Shown: positions 37,292 through 46,882 of the stretch, in pieces
Position numbering within the stretch: position 1 is the first letter of the stretch
Layout: every line of letters starts with the position of its first letter
From: a virus
Taxonomy: Duplodnaviria > Caudoviricetes
Strand: one strand, 5' to 3'
Virus record (IMG/VR): IMGVR_UViG_3300025087_000034
DNA: 64,000 nt
Translations under genes and position numbers: made by a program
The notes under the pieces: model-generated
What the model was told of the DNA's origin: nothing
Databases searched by the model: none
Seen by the model: the letters and a program-made list of their open reading frames with translations, nothing else

Positions 37292-37746
37292 TATAAACCT
37301 TTTACTAAGGACAAGATCTTATCTTGAGCTTCCTGTGAAACTCCAGAAGGAAGACGAGGATCCGTGTTTGCAATAGTTTCTGATGGGTCCGAGGGTGCTT
37401 CTGAGCGTACTGTTGAAACAAAGCGAACATCATTAGCTACTATATTTACGAACCTCTTTACTCCGGCTTCGGTCTCTATGCGCCTATTTTCTAAACGTCC
37501 TTCTACTATTACTGGAGTACCTTTTGAACAATACTTCATGACGGCTTCACCCTGGGGTCCCCAACATACTATTGACATATATGTGGTTTCTTCCTGTTTT
37601 ACTCCGTCTCTAGTCTTATACCGCCTGTTGGAAGCGAGATCAAAACGGCACCCTTTGGTACCGTCCCCTATTGGGCTAGGATCCGAAGTAAGCCTACCAC
37701 CAAATACCACCAAATTAATGTCTACTGACATAAAAACCTCCCACAC
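37291..37746 (-). CDS. ssb: Single-stranded DNA-binding protein
   Basis: NLVVFGGRLTSDP, FDLASNR, KGTPVIVEGRLE. Confidence 0.92.
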   Translation of the reverse strand: MWEVFMSVDINLVVFGGRLTSDPSPIGDGTKGCRFDLASNRRYKTRDGVKQEETTYMSIVCWGPQGEAVMKYCSKGTPVIVEGRLENRRIETEAGVKRFVNIVANDVRFVSTVRSEAPSDPSETIANTDPRLPSGVSQEAQDKILSLVKGL

Positions 37747-37752
37747 TTTCTT

Positions 37753-38103
37753 CTAGTGTTTGCGTCCTCTACACCCACTGCCACAACTATGTGACTTATC
37801 GGTGTCGAGATTATTATTACAGTTTTTGCTACTATCACAACCACACCCCTTTTTTACATTGCTGTTCTGGTTATTCTCCCATTCGCTATCCCCTAAACAC
37901 ATACAATTTCTCATATCATTCTTTTTATAAACCAATCTGTCTAGGGTCTCCCATATTTTTATTTCTTCAATATTCCAAGGGTTTTTTTTGAACCCACAGC
38001 TTGTACAAACGAATACTCTAAACCGTTCGTCTCCAAAACCGTGTTGGGTTTCCATATCGGCCAACATATCTTTTCCACAAACTTTACATTTGAGATTATC
38101 CAT
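37753..38103 (-). CDS. Cys-rich zinc-binding protein
   Basis: CKVC..CTSC plus a metallothionein-like Cys-rich tail. Confidence 0.5.
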   Translation of the reverse strand: MDNLKCKVCGKDMLADMETQHGFGDERFRVFVCTSCGFKKNPWNIEEIKIWETLDRLVYKKNDMRNCMCLGDSEWENNQNSNVKKGCGCDSSKNCNNNLDTDKSHSCGSGCRGRKH

Positions 38104-38329
38104 TAGTGTTCTCCTTTTTTGCGGGTATAAGACGTATTAAAGCTGAGTATGAAATCCAAGAAAAGACCAGAACTATGAAGTAACCTAATAATTTAGACCT
38201 TATTCTAAATTCTAAACCCTCCTTTATAGCATATTTTTCTAGCTTTACATATTTTCTATATTCATATAGTGCACATACTGCTCCTACTAAATGTAGTAAT
38301 AAGACAGAAGTGACTAAAATGTCAAGCAT
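38096..38329 (-). CDS. Small two-TM membrane protein
   Basis: Two hydrophobic stretches. Confidence 0.5.
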   Translation of the reverse strand: MLDILVTSVLLLHLVGAVCALYEYRKYVKLEKYAIKEGLEFRIRSKLLGYFIVLVFSWISYSALIRLIPAKKENTNG

Positions 38330-38330
38330 T

Positions 38331-38684
38331 TTAGTTAACTTTTGCCGATCTTAGTACGTATTTTGAATTACAAGGGCCACCTTCAAAATATATAAGCTCC
38401 CCTTCTTTTACTATTGCTCTACATCCCTCCAAATATAGAATTCCAAACTGCATTACTCCGAATAAACTAGTGTAGTGTATTTTAAATTGACTCCCTTCTT
38501 TTGGAATATCGTTTTCTATAACTAGACCTCGTATTGGTTCTCCTCTTAATTTTATATCCGCCACTTTACGCCCTCTATTTGGAAAGAACTTTTCATCTAT
38601 AGTAAATAAGTCGTACATTGTTCCTTCCGCTTCTAGAGGTATTTCGGAATATACTATACTATGTTCAAAGGCATCCTTGTCCAT
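38331..38684 (-). CDS. Hypothetical protein
   Basis: 117-aa ORF. Confidence 0.5.
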   Translation of the reverse strand: MDKDAFEHSIVYSEIPLEAEGTMYDLFTIDEKFFPNRGRKVADIKLRGEPIRGLVIENDIPKEGSQFKIHYTSLFGVMQFGILYLEGCRAIVKEGELIYFEGGPCNSKYVLRSAKVN

Positions 38685-38726
38685 GTTTTTTAACGCAACC
38701 CTTTTCTTTAAAGGAGAGAAAAGACA

Positions 38727-38981
38727 CTATTCCCTTTCACCAAAGGGATTAAATCTAGTATGGTTAGGGAGTTCAGGAATAGGTAACCCCGGCCTCCAAT
38801 TTGGATCTACTTCGCGAATACGACAAATCCAGCATATCTTGCCCTCACCAGGTACATTCATAGATGAAATACGTTTGTTGTACCACTCGTTGGCTCGCAA
38901 CCACATCTTACGTATTTTACCACAACGAGGACACCGACTATGGGCCGATCGCGTTTTATGGTTGTACACTTTGGTTGTCAT
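38727..38981 (-). CDS. Small zinc-finger protein
   Basis: CPRCG...CWIC. Confidence 0.45.
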   Translation of the reverse strand: MTTKVYNHKTRSAHSRCPRCGKIRKMWLRANEWYNKRISSMNVPGEGKICWICRIREVDPNWRPGLPIPELPNHTRFNPFGERE

Positions 38982-39009
38982 TTTCGTTCTCTTTTAACCA
39001 TCATTGTAT

Positions 39010-39702
39010 TCACTCATATTTGTCTATCCATTTAAGAAGGCGTATTGTTCCATAGTTATATCTATTATACCTTCCCTCCCGTTTCTGACTTTCGATAATG
39101 TTTCTACACACAGATATGTTCGCGCCGTGTTCTAATAGCGCTTCTATTACTTCAGTATGGCCGCAGGCTAAGGCATATTTGAGGGCCCGATCATAGTCTG
39201 CATGTACGTTCGCCCCATGCCTAAGTAGTACTTTTACAATAGCAAGATGCCCTGTTCTACAAGCTTTCCTAAGAGCTAAATCATTATACATATGAACATC
39301 AGCTCCTTCGGTAATAACTCTACTCAATACTTTGGGTGTAATCTTCTCTTTTTCACCCATAATTACTTTGTTGGCGTGCCATACTTGTGGCTTATTTTCA
39401 AGGTGTCCGAAAAACCCTGCAAAAGTATCTTTTACCACGTGGGTATTACTAGGTATGGTAACTTTTCGTAGCCACGGTCCACAATCTAAAAAGGCTAGAG
39501 TGTCTTCCTTGGTAAAATAGATATCGAATGATGGCTTAGCTACATTGAGCCCAGTCTTGAGTTTTAGTCCGTCATAAATTCTATTCAGCATTATAATTTT
39601 GTAGAAACCCATTTGGGTATCGTTTTTTATTTCGTGTGGGTCGTAGCTACAATGAGCCTGGGCATGGTAGTACTTAGACATTGTTCTTTCTTCTGATGTC
39701 AA
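39010..39702 (-). CDS. Ankyrin-repeat protein (family member 1)
   Basis: FYKI..GLKLKTGLNV N-module; GADVH..D.ALR.A..GH..IVK.LL repeats. Confidence 0.85.
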   Translation of the reverse strand: MTSEERTMSKYYHAQAHCSYDPHEIKNDTQMGFYKIIMLNRIYDGLKLKTGLNVAKPSFDIYFTKEDTLAFLDCGPWLRKVTIPSNTHVVKDTFAGFFGHLENKPQVWHANKVIMGEKEKITPKVLSRVITEGADVHMYNDLALRKACRTGHLAIVKVLLRHGANVHADYDRALKYALACGHTEVIEALLEHGANISVCRNIIESQKREGRYNRYNYGTIRLLKWIDKYE

Positions 39703-42700
39703 CTTCTCATTTTTTCTTTGGCGTGTTTAAACATCCAACCAGTCAGGTCTTTTGGTTCAGTATTTATGTTCTTTATCATTACAATTGGGTGCAGATTAGA
39801 CCTAGTGGTAAACCAAAACTTGTGAAATTTTCTAACTATTATATTAACAATGGAGGACCTACCTTCTAACTCTGCCTTTTTATAATATTCCTCCAAACTT
39901 TCGGGACGAAATCCACAAAGGGCGGCCTTTTTTCTTATTATGTCAGTTAATTTTATGCTGGTAGATTTATCAAATCCTAATTCCACCATCTTATCAACTC
40001 GGGCTGTACATATCGCTTCTTTACATTCTTTTTCCAGGCTTCTTCCAGCATGCTTTCTACTAAATACACTATTAGCAACTTTGTCTAGTAGAATTTCCAT
40101 TGCTATTGTAGTATCAGGGTCATTATAGTCCAATTCACCCTCTAAGATCCTCATTATATTATAGCACAAGGCAATTATTGTTCCGGTACCTCGTTTTATT
40201 CCCGTCAAACCCTCTACTATTTCTGCATTTTCTTTGGCATTTAGTAGCCCAAATCTTTGTATGTTGTATTCATCCAATACTAGCTCCCTAAATCCAGGTA
40301 TTTTCTTTAATCTGGCTTTTTCATACGCAGCCAGCCTCGCCGGGTGTGGATTATTGAACTCTGTTTCTAGGGCTACTCTGGATTCCTTACTGTGAAAGCT
40401 CATTATATATATAACATCCCCATCGAAATCTAGGGTGAGTGAAGAAAGACTACTCCCACTTACTTTGACTACATACTTAGCAAGGGGCTCATCGGTTATT
40501 TTTACTTTCTGGGCTCGTACGGACATGAATCCTAGACAAGGAAACCTTTCTACTAAAACTATGTCTCCTTCTAATATTCTTAAGTCATTAGCCATTTCTC
40601 TGTGAAGCTCTATTTGGTTAGGTTCCAGTATATCACTAACACCGGCTGTGGCTTTAATTGTGTAAGGATACCGAATTGAAAGACAGTAATTACTTATCTT
40701 GCCATTTTTAGAACTTAAGGTGCCTGCTATAGTGTGAAAATATAAAAACACAGCCCTACCTACTTGTGACACACTGACTTCTTCGTTTTTATACTTATGA
40801 ATAGCACTTACTATGGCATTTGCTAAGGCGGATATGTCTGACAAACCAAACTGCCCGCTTTGATGTTTCCAAGGCTTTCTAAATTTACTGGAAGGAATTA
40901 GTATTTTGTCTAATATATAGGTGTCATTTTCATTATCCATGTGTTTGTTGGTAAACTCTTCAGAAAATTCTGAAAACATGGCCTTCTTTAATATATATTT
41001 ATAATCGTCGGGTAACTTTAGATAGAAGCCATTTGGGCATAAGGTTTCATCAGAAACTGTCCCACTAAAATCAATAAGGTGGTGAAAGAATCCCCCTGTC
41101 TGATTAACTGGGTTTATCTTATCCCACTCTATTGTTGGTATATCCTTTTCCTCTCTGTTGATAGATTCTAATACACGGATATATTCAAATACCTGGTCCT
41201 CGCCTTGGGAGTGTTTTAATATTTCTTTTATGATAGGATTTTTCTTTCCAAACGTGGTTAGTAGGGCTCTGAATTCTATGTGACTGAGTTTATTACCCGC
41301 TTGTCGTACACCCCTACCGTCTACTACATCAGTATCGTATTTTGTCCATAGCTGGTCCTCAGGTGTCTTGGTGTAACCCCAGAATATCCACCCAGCGACC
41401 CCCCTAAAGTCTCCCCATTGGGTGGCAGCCGTTACCGTTCCATCTTCTGAATACCCTATATTAGAGAGTTTATCTTTTATTGATTCCATACTGGTAACGA
41501 ACTCATCTTCTACTATTGTCTCTTTATCGGAGCCATGTATCAAACTACTGAGAGCTTCTAATAGCTGCCCAAAATTCTTTCTTTTTTGTACAGAACTAGC
41601 TGAAACTATAACGTCTATGGGTACATCCCCACGAACGGGGTCATGAATTACCCCCGTATCTTGTAAGGTAATAACACCTTTATTTCCATGCCTATTGGTA
41701 ATCTTTACACCCTCCTTGAAGGTTCTCTTATAAATTATGGTTATTCGTCGTATTTTAGTTGGTGCATTATTGAAATTTATTACCGATTCGATAACGGAGG
41801 ATACTATAGCACTTTCGGCTCTTAAATTGAAACGAATGAAACTACCGTCAGGTTCTATTGCTAAGGGATACAAAAAGTTTAGCGAGTCTCCTTCTCGTAC
41901 CAAAGTCGTACCAAAAGTTGTATAGCTTTTGGTTTCCATGGTAAAGAGATGTTCAAGCCTATTACTAACTATTATTTGGTCTTCAAAATTTAGGGGCATA
42001 TCTACAAATAGGGTCATTAAGTTCCACCCTGTTCTATTGATCCCTACGTCACTTAAAGTTTTTTCTGTCCTACTCATTATTTTGGGTGGTTCATCCCCTC
42101 GCATCCCTAAAGTTTGGTATAAATTTCTACGGGGGTTATGATATCCTATACCAAACGGTATAGTCTTTCTTACGTCCACAGTAAGAATATTATTATTGCA
42201 CATACCACTATCTGACAAACCCAAGGAAGTACACGGAAACAATATTTCATTAGCTGTCTTTTGATATTCCAAGGCTTTATTTGGAGGAAGGTCTTTAAAT
42301 GTAGAATCCACTATTTGCATTCTATGGCACATGGCCCAATTTTGCATGTCAGTGCCTACTATGGGAAGTGCATTTACATAGGAATCAATGACCTTTTGAA
42401 AGCCTTTAAACACTATAGGAGCAGAACCATAGATAAAGCTTCGTACTAGGCGATCAAGCTGAGTTCTTTTACTGGAAGTTTTAGCAAACTTTTGTGGGTT
42501 GTCGGTGAACATCCCATATATAAGATTCCAGAAATCTATTTCTTTGCCATCCACAAACCAGGTCCCCACGGCTCGTTTTACGTGTCCCTCCTCAATAAAA
42601 CACAGGCCTTTTTCATCAGAACTGGGAATCGGGATATTGATCGATTGTTCTATTTCTTTGGATTTGAATGTGAGCCAAAGACTACCAGATTTTTCCTCAA

Positions 42701-42818
42701 TCCTTATTAACTCAGTTTGAAAGATATCCCCCAACTGTCCCTGGGCTTTACTACGAGAGGTCTCTGAAGAAGATTTTATCTTAGATATAAAACCATCTTT
42801 TCCAAGAACCTGTGTCAT
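39699..42818 (-). CDS. Single-chain two-barrel DNA-directed RNA polymerase (reduced beta-beta' fusion)
   Basis: beta motifs NFEDQIIVS, GVKITNRHGNKG, RKNFGQLLE followed in the same frame by beta' motifs ERFPCL and LDFDGD. Confidence 0.9.
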   Translation of the reverse strand: MTQVLGKDGFISKIKSSSETSRSKAQGQLGDIFQTELIRIEEKSGSLWLTFKSKEIEQSINIPIPSSDEKGLCFIEEGHVKRAVGTWFVDGKEIDFWNLIYGMFTDNPQKFAKTSSKRTQLDRLVRSFIYGSAPIVFKGFQKVIDSYVNALPIVGTDMQNWAMCHRMQIVDSTFKDLPPNKALEYQKTANEILFPCTSLGLSDSGMCNNNILTVDVRKTIPFGIGYHNPRRNLYQTLGMRGDEPPKIMSRTEKTLSDVGINRTGWNLMTLFVDMPLNFEDQIIVSNRLEHLFTMETKSYTTFGTTLVREGDSLNFLYPLAIEPDGSFIRFNLRAESAIVSSVIESVINFNNAPTKIRRITIIYKRTFKEGVKITNRHGNKGVITLQDTGVIHDPVRGDVPIDVIVSASSVQKRKNFGQLLEALSSLIHGSDKETIVEDEFVTSMESIKDKLSNIGYSEDGTVTAATQWGDFRGVAGWIFWGYTKTPEDQLWTKYDTDVVDGRGVRQAGNKLSHIEFRALLTTFGKKNPIIKEILKHSQGEDQVFEYIRVLESINREEKDIPTIEWDKINPVNQTGGFFHHLIDFSGTVSDETLCPNGFYLKLPDDYKYILKKAMFSEFSEEFTNKHMDNENDTYILDKILIPSSKFRKPWKHQSGQFGLSDISALANAIVSAIHKYKNEEVSVSQVGRAVFLYFHTIAGTLSSKNGKISNYCLSIRYPYTIKATAGVSDILEPNQIELHREMANDLRILEGDIVLVERFPCLGFMSVRAQKVKITDEPLAKYVVKVSGSSLSSLTLDFDGDVIYIMSFHSKESRVALETEFNNPHPARLAAYEKARLKKIPGFRELVLDEYNIQRFGLLNAKENAEIVEGLTGIKRGTGTIIALCYNIMRILEGELDYNDPDTTIAMEILLDKVANSVFSRKHAGRSLEKECKEAICTARVDKMVELGFDKSTSIKLTDIIRKKAALCGFRPESLEEYYKKAELEGRSSIVNIIVRKFHKFWFTTRSNLHPIVMIKNINTEPKDLTGWMFKHAKEKMRS

Positions 42819-42895
42819 GCTACAGACATACCTTTCTTTTTGGGTTTCTGCACATTCCCGACCACAAATTCCGCAAAAAACTAAATAGGTGCCAA

Positions 42896-43870
42896 CTAAT
42901 CAACCCAACAATCATACGCATACCATTCGTTCATTACAGATTCAAGATTGTGTTTTAGGACATATCTTGGGTTATTTATTAAATCCAGGCGTACCCAAGA
43001 AAAGAAATATTGCAACATATTTACTGCTAAACCAGAATCTTTATTTCTATCCCTATATTCTATAAGTTTATCCATCGATAACATATAACCTAAATTATAT
43101 AGTTTACATATATAATACAGCGGTATCAATTCATATCTGGCTATGTCTGTTGGATTTTTTTTATACTTTTTTCTTATACTATCAAATGATAGTAAAGGAA
43201 TGCCTTCTGAATCCTTGGCTTCTTTATCCAAATAGTTTTCCAATAGCAAGAACAACTTACCCCCTCTTACATCTCTGCCCTTTTGATGTGTCAAAAAGGC
43301 AAGGCCAGACCTACTCACAGTACCATTCTCAAAGAGGCGGATAAAACTAGATGAGTTGGCCTCATTAAATATACCGCATAGATCTATGTCTAAGAGTTCA
43401 AACTTATGTGGTCTTAATCTTGTTATTTCATTCATATACTTTACGAAGGGTCTTTTGGCCCAGGGACTTGTTTTATTTCCTGGGGGTTTTATACAGGTTT
43501 TTTTCCCATAACAGGCACTAAAAGAATTAAAACTGTGGGGCCATATTTTCATAAATGGGAGGTGTTCTTCTCTAGTTCTTATAAGCTTTCGTAATAGTTC
43601 CTCTCCATTATGTACAACTGATAGTTTCTCCGTAGTTTGTATGGTAGTTATACTACCCGCAGTTGTAATACCCTGGTTTACTAACAATCTTTCAAATAGA
43701 GCGTCAGGACCAGCAAAGGTGAGACATTTTATTTTGTCTCTTCTATCACCATAATAGAAAGGGAAAGTAGTTTCTAGGAAATTTTTTACTGAAAAGATTT
43801 TATGAATTCTTACGAGTGTTTTATTCTTCCCATTCCAACACATTACTTTATTAGAGTTTATTGACATCAA
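42896..43870 (-). CDS. Hypothetical protein, possible SAM-dependent methyltransferase-like fold
   Basis: CLTFAGP and FELLDIDLCG resemble class I MTase motifs; weak. Confidence 0.35.
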   Translation of the reverse strand: MMSINSNKVMCWNGKNKTLVRIHKIFSVKNFLETTFPFYYGDRRDKIKCLTFAGPDALFERLLVNQGITTAGSITTIQTTEKLSVVHNGEELLRKLIRTREEHLPFMKIWPHSFNSFSACYGKKTCIKPPGNKTSPWAKRPFVKYMNEITRLRPHKFELLDIDLCGIFNEANSSSFIRLFENGTVSRSGLAFLTHQKGRDVRGGKLFLLLENYLDKEAKDSEGIPLLSFDSIRKKYKKNPTDIARYELIPLYYICKLYNLGYMLSMDKLIEYRDRNKDSGLAVNMLQYFFSWVRLDLINNPRYVLKHNLESVMNEWYAYDCWVD

Positions 43871-43945
43871 TCTCTCCCAAAATAAGTTTCATGTGCTTCG
43901 ATGAGCACCCAGATAGTTTGGGGCTATCGAAGCGTGAAGGCTGGA

Positions 43946-44116
43946 TTACTTACCCTTACGGGTTTTGTTCGCCTTCTTGGCTGCTAGAGACCTCTTTCGT
44001 GCAGCAGCACGTCGAGTATCCCATGCCTTTTTCGCAGCAGCAGAGCGCTTGGCCGACGTCTCATTAGCCTTACGAGTTTCCCATGCCTTCTTGGCCGCTT
44101 TACTTGTATTATTCAT
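43946..44116 (-). CDS. 56-aa Lys/Ala/Arg-rich histone-H1-like basic protein (not in the ORF track)
   Basis: SD AAGGAGGTG; MNNTSKAAKKAWETRKANETSAKRSAAAKKAWDTRRAAARKRSLAAKKANKTRKGK. Confidence 0.75.
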   Translation of the reverse strand: MNNTSKAAKKAWETRKANETSAKRSAAAKKAWDTRRAAARKRSLAAKKANKTRKGK

Positions 44117-44174
44117 TAAATCACCTCCTTTCCATTTTTTTAGATTTTCCCATTTCTGATATAGTTATACAGTT

Positions 44175-44714
44175 TTAATCGTCGAAAATTGTTTTTAAGT
44201 ACTCTGCAAGAGTACAGTTTGGAGTAACACTTTCAAGTAAAGGTAAATGTTTTTTTGCACGCTGTATAAGTTCTTCTGGTCCATGAGCTAGTATGGAATT
44301 TATATTCCAAATTAACATATTAGAAATTTGTTTTCCTTTAACGCCAATATACATAGAAAGTGCTGCCCCAGCTTTGGAGTAATCCCTAGTAGCATTTCCG
44401 TAAGAGCAGTTGGTGCAAACCGGCCAAAGATCCCCCAAATGAGTATTTGTATTATCTTTGCACCTAGGACAACATAGGACTCCTTTCATCATAGTAAATA
44501 AAAACAATAGGGACATTAACTCAATAGTCAAGGGGGTATCTTTTAATGCCTTTATTTTATACTTCCTTCCCTCTTTATTTATATCTACGTCCCATCTTGG
44601 CAACAAGCTTGCAGCTTCCCCCTCTAGTATTAGTTTACCACAAGAGCAGGCTGCAATGGTACAGTCTGAAAATTCAGAATATCGAATACGTTCTCTGCAT
44701 TTTTCACAAATCAC
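44175..44714 (-). CDS. Hypothetical multi-zinc-ribbon protein
   Basis: CEKC..CSCG, CPRC..CTNC. Confidence 0.55.
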   Translation of the reverse strand: MICEKCRERIRYSEFSDCTIAACSCGKLILEGEAASLLPRWDVDINKEGRKYKIKALKDTPLTIELMSLLFLFTMMKGVLCCPRCKDNTNTHLGDLWPVCTNCSYGNATRDYSKAGAALSMYIGVKGKQISNMLIWNINSILAHGPEELIQRAKKHLPLLESVTPNCTLAEYLKTIFDD

Positions 44715-44863
44715 TGTCGGATTCCTCTATTCAGTGTTTCCCATCACTCCACCCCTTAGTTCACCATAATTGGCACAAGGACTAGATTGATATCGATAGT
44801 TATTCATCTTTTTTAGATTCCTTTGTTTTTTTGTGTCTATAGTTTTGCTAAGATTTTAAGGAG

Positions 44864-45667
44864 CTATCTATTATATATTTTGATTACCGATATTTCAGTG
44901 TAACCCTGCCAATTTTTTACCAATAAAAAGTGATAGTAGTCATCTTTTGTCTCCAGTGAACCTCCACCCCCTCCGCTACAATAATTCTTGATCTTCTTAT
45001 ACGTATATTCCCTATATGCATGATAGTGCCCGTGAAAAATCGCCCGTATAGAATCTCTATATTTGTAAACAGTGTTCCAGAGGCGCTTGTTTGAGGGAAA
45101 GAAGTACAAGCCGGACATATCGTAAAGTCGATGCCATCGCTTGCCTCCTTCCCCATAATATATCTTGAAGTTTTCCGGATATGGTAAAGGTTTGTGGGTA
45201 AAAATAAAAGTAGACTTGTTTCCAGTGTCAGACAAAGCTAGGTTTAGTTGACTTAACATTATGTCTGAGGTAAAAATACCAGCACTATCTAAGATAATAA
45301 ATTTTAGATTTCTATATGTGAAGGTTTCAAAGGTGGTTCCATAGCCACCTTTCCAGAAATCTCTCCACTGGTCTCTTGTGGGTTCATGGTCGTATCTACA
45401 AGGTAATAGCTCATGATTTCCTATAACATAATAAAAAGGTATATTAATTTTGTCTATAGATTTTTTTTGGCCTCGCCACAAAGATTTAGATCCACAATAT
45501 GCCATATCACCAAGGTGTATTACAAATTTTACATTATGTTTTTTTATTTCTGCTAAAGCATTTATAAATACTTTAGGTCTAGCTTGGGTATCTCCTATAA
45601 TAGCAAATTCCCAAGGTTCAGAATCTCCAGATAGGAGTAAAGAAGAAAGAAAGAAAAATTCTAACAT
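44864..45667 (-). CDS. Calcineurin-like metallophosphoesterase with N-terminal signal/anchor
   Basis: GDTQ, HLGDM, GNHE, HGHYH. Confidence 0.9.
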   Translation of the reverse strand: MLEFFFLSSLLLSGDSEPWEFAIIGDTQARPKVFINALAEIKKHNVKFVIHLGDMAYCGSKSLWRGQKKSIDKINIPFYYVIGNHELLPCRYDHEPTRDQWRDFWKGGYGTTFETFTYRNLKFIILDSAGIFTSDIMLSQLNLALSDTGNKSTFIFTHKPLPYPENFKIYYGEGGKRWHRLYDMSGLYFFPSNKRLWNTVYKYRDSIRAIFHGHYHAYREYTYKKIKNYCSGGGGGSLETKDDYYHFLLVKNWQGYTEISVIKIYNR

Positions 45668-45691
45668 GTTCTCCTCTTCTAATCTAAAATA

Positions 45692-45778
45692 TGGCGAGGG
45701 TAGGACTCGAACCTACGTTGTTTTCCCTAAGGGTAACAGATTTACAGTCTGTCGCCTTCGCCGCTAGGCTACCTCGCC
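45692..45778 (-). tRNA. tRNA-Tyr(GTA); CCA not encoded
   Basis: GGCGAGG/CCTCGCC acceptor, ACAGA-CTGTAAA-TCTGT anticodon arm, long variable arm, GTAGG-TTCGAGT-CCTAC. Confidence 0.95.
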
Positions 45779-45779
45779 T

Positions 45780-46670
45780 TTAAGTGAAAACCTTGTTTAA
45801 GATAGAGCGCACTATACGACCTACCATTGGAACAGTATTCAAATGGTACCCAACCCAGTTTAACGGGTTTATCATTTCTACAGGTTTCTTTTTTTCTATG
45901 GCTGCTATAATTTTTCTTGCCACTGTTTCTGGTTCGTTTGAATATAAGGGTAATAATCTCATACTCATTTTTCCCATCCATGTCGAGGATTTTTCCTCCA
46001 CTCCTTCATAGAAACCTGTATTTACCATGAAAGGGTAAACTGTTGTAATGTCTATCCCGTCTTTTTTGGCCTCTATACCTAGAGATTCCGAAAAGACTGC
46101 GAGAGCAGCCTTGGTTGTAGCATATGAAGTCCACGTAGGCAGTCTGAAGAAAGACTGCCCACTACATATGTTTACAATGTGTAACCTTCTATCGTCATTG
46201 TATTTTTGTCTGTGTGCTTTTAATGCTGCCATGGAAGTGACAGAAATTTTCACGGCGGAAAAGAAGTTTATATCAAAAATACGGTTCCATGTATCTACGT
46301 CCGTATCTTGTATAGGTTCATTTAATCCTATCCCTGCATTATTTATAACTATATCTGGTAATCCTATCTCTTCACTTCTAAAATAACATATTTGTTGAAA
46401 TTCTCTAATTAGAGCATTATTATCTGTTATGTCTAATACAAAAGCGAATACAATTACTCCATAATTCTTTTCTAGTTTTTTCTTTAATAAATCCAGCCCT
46501 ATAGAATCTTTATCCCATAAGATTAGCTTGGTTTTCTTCTTAGCAAATAATTCAGCCAAACATTTTCCAATACCATTTGCAGCACCAGTTATTAAGACTG
46601 TTTTGTTTTTTACTTCTAGATTTCTACCCATTTTTCTATCACAATCTCTTTCTTTCTCACTTCTGGACAC
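45780..46670 (-). CDS. Short-chain dehydrogenase/reductase (SDR)
   Basis: TGAANGIG, NNAG, YATTK. Confidence 0.92.
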   Translation of the reverse strand: MSRSEKERDCDRKMGRNLEVKNKTVLITGAANGIGKCLAELFAKKKTKLILWDKDSIGLDLLKKKLEKNYGVIVFAFVLDITDNNALIREFQQICYFRSEEIGLPDIVINNAGIGLNEPIQDTDVDTWNRIFDINFFSAVKISVTSMAALKAHRQKYNDDRRLHIVNICSGQSFFRLPTWTSYATTKAALAVFSESLGIEAKKDGIDITTVYPFMVNTGFYEGVEEKSSTWMGKMSMRLLPLYSNEPETVARKIIAAIEKKKPVEMINPLNWVGYHLNTVPMVGRIVRSILNKVFT

Positions 46671-46882
46671 TCTATTTCTCTTGAGTCATATTCATACGGT
46701 TCTTCATCCTGCATTTCAGTAGCACCTTTCCTATAATAAGAACGGTAGAACTTATCCTCATATTGGAATACGACCAAGAAGACTATTGCCCATCGGTCAT
46801 GGTCCGTTATTTCTTCATACACTTTTTGTAGTTTTCTACCCCCATACACCATGTCTTGCAAGTCTTCTCTGTTAAATTTCAT
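46616..46882 (-). CDS. Hypothetical protein
   Basis: 88-aa ORF typical of phage early regions. Confidence 0.5.
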   Translation of the reverse strand: MKFNREDLQDMVYGGRKLQKVYEEITDHDRWAIVFLVVFQYEDKFYRSYYRKGATEMQDEEPYEYDSREIECPEVRKKEIVIEKWVEI

